DNA from: an uncultured Chthonomonadaceae bacterium
Lineage (GTDB): Bacteria > Armatimonadota > Chthonomonadetes > Chthonomonadales > Chthonomonadaceae
Direction: 5' to 3'
Assembly: GCA_963835065.1 (NCBI GenBank)
Contig: CAWIEK010000035.1
Location: 1-39,994, forward strand
Length of the DNA: 39,994 bases
In this document: one piece after another, positions 37,901 to 39,994 of the stretch
Layout: the number at the start of each line of letters is the position of its first letter
Numbering within the stretch: the first letter of the stretch is position 1
The notes under the pieces: model-generated
What the model saw: the letters and a program-made list of their open reading frames with translations, nothing else
The model's database searches: none
Told to the model about the DNA's origin: nothing
Position numbers and translations under genes: made by a program

Positions 37901-38149
37901 GCGCTTTGAAGTGTCCAGCAATTCTCCATCGTCTTTTTTCAAATCCCCGACGACCCAGGCTATGCCGTCTTCCGTCAGCAGTTTCAGATCGGGATAGCCC
38001 GTCCCGGCGCGGTCTTCGGTGACAACGCGCGGCTTGGGATAGCCAAGCAGCCCGGCAAAAAAGTCGCGCAGTTCGGGGTTGTAGGAGCGTTCCGGGCGCT
38101 CCCAGGTCAGCGCAAGCCATTGCTCAAGCGCGTTGGCGGATTTTCGCAT
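34928..38149 (-). CDS. Fused endonuclease + N6-adenine methyltransferase (type IIG/Eco57I-like R-M protein)
   Basis: N-terminal YPDLKL...VGDLKK (PD-(D/E)xK-like), LGEFYTP, motif I LLDPSCGSGSFL, motif IV VVGNPPY, and a TRD-like AYLNS...LEALP region. Intact 1073-aa frame. Confidence 0.88.
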   Translation of the reverse strand: MRKSANALEQWLALTWERPERSYNPELRDFFAGLLGYPKPRVVTEDRAGTGYPDLKLLTEDGIAWVVGDLKKDDGELLDTSKREAFWQNKRKYMDGLTRYVVFVTAHYLLVLTPENKPAPGFEIPLDLRTVTLEELQARLAFLRPEMASHARQWEEFVKGDFPYAYLTLDVPESLNQLRGDLRASFQELMTAAAATLYALEADYRDYRRRKDEIENNAAMRPDIRRRSRGRLELEFSFVRRLFEEALGQFEEQYGREVEASKPQDEAKRVQEAFIADSAAALIARVLFLRLVEDLNLQPRRISDGGPRNWANFVKNLTGDARALVRVVSEDMARVYREPFAPTVFDWIERANGDLDAALQRLILRLNAYDFAGLSEEILGDIYQQFLPPQKRKQLGEFYTPPSIVEWILDHTVRAHGLGTLLDPSCGSGSFLVRYAHWRLESARQNNFDIRQVSGELQNEAWGFDLNPFASYISLFQMLWAILRFDPAAPATHIEVHNLNSLLRDTAIKEWVGEEHLPSGSKARDEQKWRYVVGNPPYIRAERGKYAEEVRELWAHVWGQNADAGLLVIYRALTEWLEPGGWFGMVVSGGFANTEVAGKVWQLLHPGRSAALRKVVWMEFVEANGKPAPVWDAARVPMILIVERTQAQDDDEIELYVPTHWPSEEPPVKVRYADFFDPRINPRVTNGIAPYGDYLLPLLEQSDAPLLQKLNPNGNGSGFEPLGNRVRWTYGIQRGGVEVTDAPTGTRPVAVVPGQSLAVAWSGEPSGWIDLDAVAKRPNGKLSLWRQERKPGTATIQVAEIVKAPFAAVDGTHAALNTVVVGNVDFLITAKAIAAYLNSRLARYYWALKLRSGVIQGCYAHVYPRTLEALPWPKTLTAAAEQALADGYDRLAELATRAKNNPNEWLLAETERRLAAAHWRITEPALGLRFDEAGSEIPVETLRQEGNRITPLAVFADAALAEYVYLLLALTVEEGKPVKTQDVQKLVVPHDYAALLIEYRSRMASFGQVEQDFMRALQTVDEAVYAAFGLTPDEQDYIAARLSRFPLNRLQPRYPWQAVRPRPIKAYMSDRFA

Positions 38150-38229
38150 GGGTTATACTATCCTCAGTCCTTTTTCTCGAAAGTGGATTTGGTACAGCAA
38201 CCAGCGGATAAGAAAATCTAAAACGTTCT

Positions 38230-38278
38230 AGCTTAGGGGCTGCCCCTAAGCTGACCCCCTAAGCTGACCCCCTAAGCT
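38230..38278. repeat. Palindrome plus 13-bp tandem repeats (GACCCCCTAAGCT) upstream of the R-M gene
   Basis: AGCTTAGGGG-CTG-CCCCTAAGCT followed by two GACCCCCTAAGCT units. Confidence 0.85.
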
Positions 38279-38345
38279 AATGCAGGGCCTACGCGAGAGG
38301 CGAAATACAGTAGACGGCAAGGGACTGCCGGTTACACATCCGTAT

Positions 38346-39960
38346 CTAGCCGTTCATTGTGAGTTGAAAACCTTCCGGCAAAACTTCATTGATGCCGTTA
38401 CTTCCAGGAGGTTGATGCACAAAGTCAAGCCCACTCGGTGTTGTTCGATACTTCTGATTGGGTGAACTCGGCTTACTTACGTCCGTCATTTCCAGTAAAT
38501 TTGCGCTGAGAAGCGGGCGCAGGTATCGCTCCCGAAAGTTGCGCGTATCCTTGAGGCTGAGACGCGCCTGTATGCTGGCGCGATCACGAGGACTTTCACA
38601 AAATTCAAGCAGAACCCGGACTCTGTCGAGAAACCCTGTAGACTGTGGATAGGGCGCAACCTGGGGGGTAACCTGGGGGGTAGACCTGGGGGGCAGCCCC
38701 TAAGATGCGCGGATGCAGCGGTAGTGTTACCGTGAAAAAGGTTCGTTCCTCATCGGTATCAAAGCGTGGCGGGGGCGAACCATTTTGACGCATAACCCGA
38801 ACGGCCTTTGGAATGCCGGTACCGCGCCCCCTCCGTTAAGTTTAACTCCTTGAGAAAATCTCCGATACGGCGATTGCGGTAGCGACGAGGCACAAGTTTT
38901 CCCTGAGCAAGTTGAGCAAGATTGATGGATCGGTCTGGCCCCGGATAACTTGTAATCGTTATTTCCTCCGGCAAAACGCGCACTTCAATCGGCTCATGCT
39001 CCTCATAACTGCGATGATAAACCGCATTGACAAGAATTTCCTCAATGGCTGCGTAGGGGTAGTTAGCGAAGCACTCGGATTCTGCGCGGTCAGGGTGCTT
39101 GACAACATACTCCTTTACGACAAACTTACTGATGTAGAGCAGCGCGTCACGCAACATTTGGCTCAAAGGGCCACCAAAGGATTTCTCATTGAAAGTGTCT
39201 CCTCCCGGTCCATCAGGAAATTCAACGACATCTATCTGCGTCTGCTTGAAAAAGCGGTCAGGCCGCTCGTTGAAAAACATCAATCCAACGTTCTGCGGCA
39301 GAATATATTCAGAGGGACCCGCAATGATGCCCATTCGCCGCCCTAACTCGACAAAATCAAGTTTGTCGGCTTCTTCGCACAACTTACTGCCTACATCGCG
39401 CAAAAATGCCTGGATCAATGGCAGTTTCAAATCGGTAATCTTTGCTGTCTGATTGAGGCGATCATCGAAAGGTATCTGCGCCGCGAGCGACATGAGTTCG
39501 ATCTCATCCTGATGTTTAGCCCGAATGGTTGATGATCCCTTGCGAATGTAATACGCAAGCAGCTTGTAGTCTTTCGTTAACAACTCCGGCGCTTTGTAAG
39601 GCCGGTTTTGTCCTCCCGGCGCGCGAAGAACAAGGATATGCTTGTTTGATACGACGCAAGGCTCCATCACCGGATGATAGTTGGGATGCATTCGGTAGCC
39701 TAAACTCAGTACCTCTTTTTGCAGCCTGTCGAGCGCGTTCACATCCACCCCCGTTGGCGGCAGAATTGGGCGTCCATGAAGGCAGGCAACGCCGATAATA
39801 ACATAACCGCCGCCCAGATTGTTGAAATCATTTGCGAAGGCGCAGAGGGTGTGTAAAACCGCTTCCGGGTTCCACCTTTCTTCAAACTCGCAGGTAAAGA
39901 GCTCCCATTCAATCAAAGGCCTGCCTGAAGCAAATCGTCAATGTTGATGGGCAACGCCAT
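38346..39960 (-). CDS. AlbA_2 (Schlafen-like) + HATPase_c_4 (RecG-C-like) protein with TPQV linker and C-terminal wHTH (frameshifted)
   Basis: MALPINIDDLL start at 39960; LHTLCAFAND..NLGGGYVIIGV; YPYAAIEEILVNAVYHRSY; YRNRRIGDFLKEL.LTE; C-terminal FRERYLRPLL...KPSSPNQKY in another frame. Confidence 0.8.
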
Positions 39961-39994
39961 GCAAAGCTTCTCCGTTTGCTTTGATACTTCGGAT

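Noticed and set aside
88..39960. Numerous frameshifts read as mass pseudogenisation or programmed frameshifting
   Set aside because: They also hit a conserved ATP-grasp gene at least four times, cluster regionally, and leave the residues otherwise well conserved. Long-read indel error is simpler.
31892..39960. Integrative element or prophage carrying the defence-like genes
   Set aside because: No integrase, tRNA or phage genes are visible in the window.

Overview
Bacterial chromosomal window of moderately high GC. The gene style suggests an Armatimonadota-like organism, which is inference only. Many genes are broken by single-base indels, including genes that should be intact, so most frameshifts are probably long-read errors. 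A housekeeping backbone (gnd, uxaE plus a uxuB-like SDR, a sugar-phosphate isomerase, a HUMPS/HPS-family enzyme, sucC, a circularly permuted ATP-grasp, a TetR and an ECF sigma factor) is interleaved with many conflict or accessory genes. These include an ATPase+TPR pair, a NACHT-LRR (NLR-like) gene, an internally deleted NACHT-HEAT remnant, two Uma2 nucleases, several TA modules (three with a truncated or missing toxin), NADAR, DUF559, a fused type IIG-like R-M enzyme and an AlbA_2/HATPase protein. Most notable is a ~150-bp element present twice in inverted orientation (15754-15905 and 30371-30523; 121/132 identical over the core). Each copy is preceded by a matching ECF-type promoter (GAACC-N16-CGTCTAA) and lies back-to-back with an NLR-type gene. 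One copy sits right behind the ECF sigma gene, which shares a palindromic operator with the adjacent TetR gene. Also present: exact short duplications (58 bp, 35 bp) around accessory cassettes, inverted arrays of 7-8-mer repeats, REP-like palindromes, and an intergenic mirror of an in-gene TPQV repeat upstream of the R-M gene.
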